Source: an uncultured archaeon
GTDB taxonomy: Archaea; Asgardarchaeota; Lokiarchaeia; Sigyniarchaeales; SOKP01
Reading direction: 5' to 3'
Assembly (NCBI GenBank): GCA_964525635.1
Contig: CAZGJX010000048.1
Coordinates: forward strand, 1-28,531
DNA: 28,531 nt
Made by a program: the position numbers and the translations under genes. Within the stretch, counting starts at the first letter, position 1. Every line of letters starts with the position of its first letter. Under the pieces are notes generated by a model, which saw only the letters and a program-made list of their open reading frames with translations, had not been told where the DNA came from and searched no databases. Below are positions 26,775-28,531 of this stretch, piece after piece.

Positions 26775-28355
26775 ATGGTAAACTTTAAAATAAATGCTTC
26801 AGCTGCAACTCTGTCAAAGAATAGAACTGAGGATTCAGTTGTGCCTGAAAGTGGAATGTGTGCTACTTGTATAGATGGTTGTATTGGTATGTGTGAAGTT
26901 GGAAAATCTGCATATAGAGGTTCAGAAGTACTATATCCAAAACCATTTGGTATGATAACAACTGCAGGTGTAAAAAACTATCATATAAACTTCTCTGATT
27001 TTACAATACAAGGTACATGTATAGGAGCATATGGTATTGATGCCGATTCTGATACCGCTTTGTTCACGAATGTGAATTTAGAACAAAAAATAGGTCATGA
27101 TAAAAAAATAAGGGTAAAACTTCCTATTATTCTTCCAGGACTTGGTTCGACATCTGTAGCGAAAAATAATTGGGAAGGGCTTGCTATTGGAGCAGCACTT
27201 TCAGGAATAATTGTTACAGTTGGTGAAAATGTATGTGGTATGGATCCAAATTCAAAAATACAAAATGGAAAGATTGTATATTCAGAAGATCTTAAAAATC
27301 GAATTAATCTCTATAAAGAATGGCAACAAGATGGTTATGGCGGTATTGTTGTTCAAGCAAATGTAGAGGATACAAAACTTGGCGTACATGAATATGCAAT
27401 AGATAAATTAGGAGTTGAAATAGTAGAACTCAAATGGGGGCAAGGAGCTAAAGATATTGGTGGAGAAGTAAAATTAAAAACTTTACAGCATGCCCAAAGA
27501 CTTAAAGATAGGGGATATATTGTTCTGCCAGATCCATATGATCCAACTGTTATAAATTCATTTGAAAACCATGTTTTTAATGAATTTGAGCGCCATTCAA
27601 GGGTAGGTATGGTAAATGAGGAGACATTCTATAAACGAGTAGAAGAATTAAGATCTTTAGGTGCGAAATATATTTTTTTAAAAACAGGAGCATATAGACC
27701 TAGAGATTTAGCTCTTGCAGTAAAATGTGCATCTGAAGCGAAGATTGATTTGTTAACAGTAGATGCAGCAGGAGGTGGAACAGGAATGAGTCCATGGAGG
27801 ATGATGAACGAATGGGGTGTACCCCGTTTTGAGCTTTGGTCATTTCTTTATCAATATATTGATAAATTATCGAAGAAAGGGAAATATGTACCTGATATTG
27901 CAATTGCCAGTGGTATTTCTATGGAAGATCAGATAATTAAAGGTTTAGCATTAGGTGCCCCCTATTTTAAAATGATAGGTATGGCTAGAGCACCTCTTGC
28001 AGCAGCAATGGTGGGTAAAACAATAGGTAAAAGTATAGATAGTGGTGAATTACCTGTATATATTTCCCGTTTTGGAAGAACAAAAGAAGAAATTTTTATA
28101 ACAACTCCTGAACTTCAACATAAATTTGGGGCTAAATTCGACTCGATACCTACAGGTGCAATTGGTTTATATACTTATATAACTAGACTTAAGCAAGGAC
28201 TTCAACAATTGATGTGCGGAGCAAGAAAATTTGCATTAAAATATATTAGAAGAGATGATATTGCTTCATTAACACATGAAGCAGAGGATATAACTGGAAT
28301 CCCATTTATAATGGATTCAGATAAAGAAGAAGCTGAAAAACTTCTTGATTTCTAA
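26775..28355 (+). CDS. FMN-binding glutamate synthase family protein, non-canonical type (second copy)
   Basis: SGMCATCIDGCIGMCEV, RGSEVLYP, GLGST, VGENV, NVEDTKLGV, ELKWGQGAKDIGGEV, FERHSRVG, KTGAYRP, DAAGGGTGMSP; AAGGAGA RBS; 19 bp after the short nuoG. Confidence 0.9.
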   Translation: MVNFKINASAATLSKNRTEDSVVPESGMCATCIDGCIGMCEVGKSAYRGSEVLYPKPFGMITTAGVKNYHINFSDFTIQGTCIGAYGIDADSDTALFTNVNLEQKIGHDKKIRVKLPIILPGLGSTSVAKNNWEGLAIGAALSGIIVTVGENVCGMDPNSKIQNGKIVYSEDLKNRINLYKEWQQDGYGGIVVQANVEDTKLGVHEYAIDKLGVEIVELKWGQGAKDIGGEVKLKTLQHAQRLKDRGYIVLPDPYDPTVINSFENHVFNEFERHSRVGMVNEETFYKRVEELRSLGAKYIFLKTGAYRPRDLALAVKCASEAKIDLLTVDAAGGGTGMSPWRMMNEWGVPRFELWSFLYQYIDKLSKKGKYVPDIAIASGISMEDQIIKGLALGAPYFKMIGMARAPLAAAMVGKTIGKSIDSGELPVYISRFGRTKEEIFITTPELQHKFGAKFDSIPTGAIGLYTYITRLKQGLQQLMCGARKFALKYIRRDDIASLTHEAEDITGIPFIMDSDKEEAEKLLDF

Positions 28356-28365
28356 TCTATAATTA

Positions 28366-28376
28366 TTCTTTTTTTT
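28366..28376 (+). terminator. Oligo-T terminator tract
   Basis: TTCTTTTTTTT about 10 bp after the stop at 28355. Confidence 0.45.
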
Positions 28377-28531
28377 AATTATTAGGAGAATTATATAAGC
28401 CTAAGAATAAAATCTATTTCAAGAAAAGTATTAAGTTAATTTAGACTATTTTCAACTTTTTCTTTTATAAAAATCCTTTTTTATTTTTTTTTTCTTCACA
28501 TATTTTAAATCATAATCTTTATTAGCACATG

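Noticed and set aside
3604-27903. Short ORFs 3604-3792, 6286-6480, 10296-10511, 13759-14055, 19439-19648, 22144-22350, 22741-22986, 25582-25770, 25860-26111, 26428-26610 and 27700-27903
   Set aside because: They lie antisense or out of frame to well-supported genes (10296-10511 also runs across a terminator tract) and show no recognisable motifs; treated as shadow ORFs.
28480-28531. Possible 3' end of a minus-strand gene entering from beyond the window
   Set aside because: Only about 15 codons are visible; not supportable.
1-28531. CRISPR arrays, tRNA/rRNA genes, transposases
   Set aside because: No repeat-spacer structure, GC-rich structured RNA segment or transposase/integrase motif was seen by eye.

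Overview
Very AT-rich prokaryotic DNA, most consistent with an anaerobic archaeon. A Lokiarchaeia/Asgard origin is inferred, not proven, from the three-way split glutamate synthase, HdrB/C, stand-alone 7TM proteins and an LRR remnant. Most of the window is a glutamate/redox island. (i) A minus-strand operon hdrB::hdrC fusion - gltB1 (Ntn amidotransferase) - gltB2 (ferredoxin + FMN) - gltB3 (GXGXG) looks like a glutamate synthase whose electron-input subunit is a heterodisulfide-reductase module. (ii) A divergent non-canonical FMN glutamate-synthase-family gene follows. (iii) Next are a secreted C45/Ntn hydrolase and a fused guaA. (iv) An operon nuoE-nuoF-(nuoG/Fdh-like::nfnA fusion)-nfnB joins a HydBC/Bfu-type module to a complete NfnAB. 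(v) A KaiC-like + PEP-synthase-N-domain protein is divergent from (vi) a second operon nuoE-nuoF-short nuoG-FMN glutamate-synthase-family gene, a candidate electron-bifurcating glutamate oxidoreductase. All three divergent promoter regions of the island contain the same palindrome, AATATA-N5-TATATT. The left end has two paralogous stand-alone 7TM proteins (one missed by the ORF track) flanking a tandem-GNAT gene, a probable wHTH gene and a small LRR remnant. No rRNA, tRNA, CRISPR array or mobile element was recognised. All assignments are from motif reading by eye; no searches were run.
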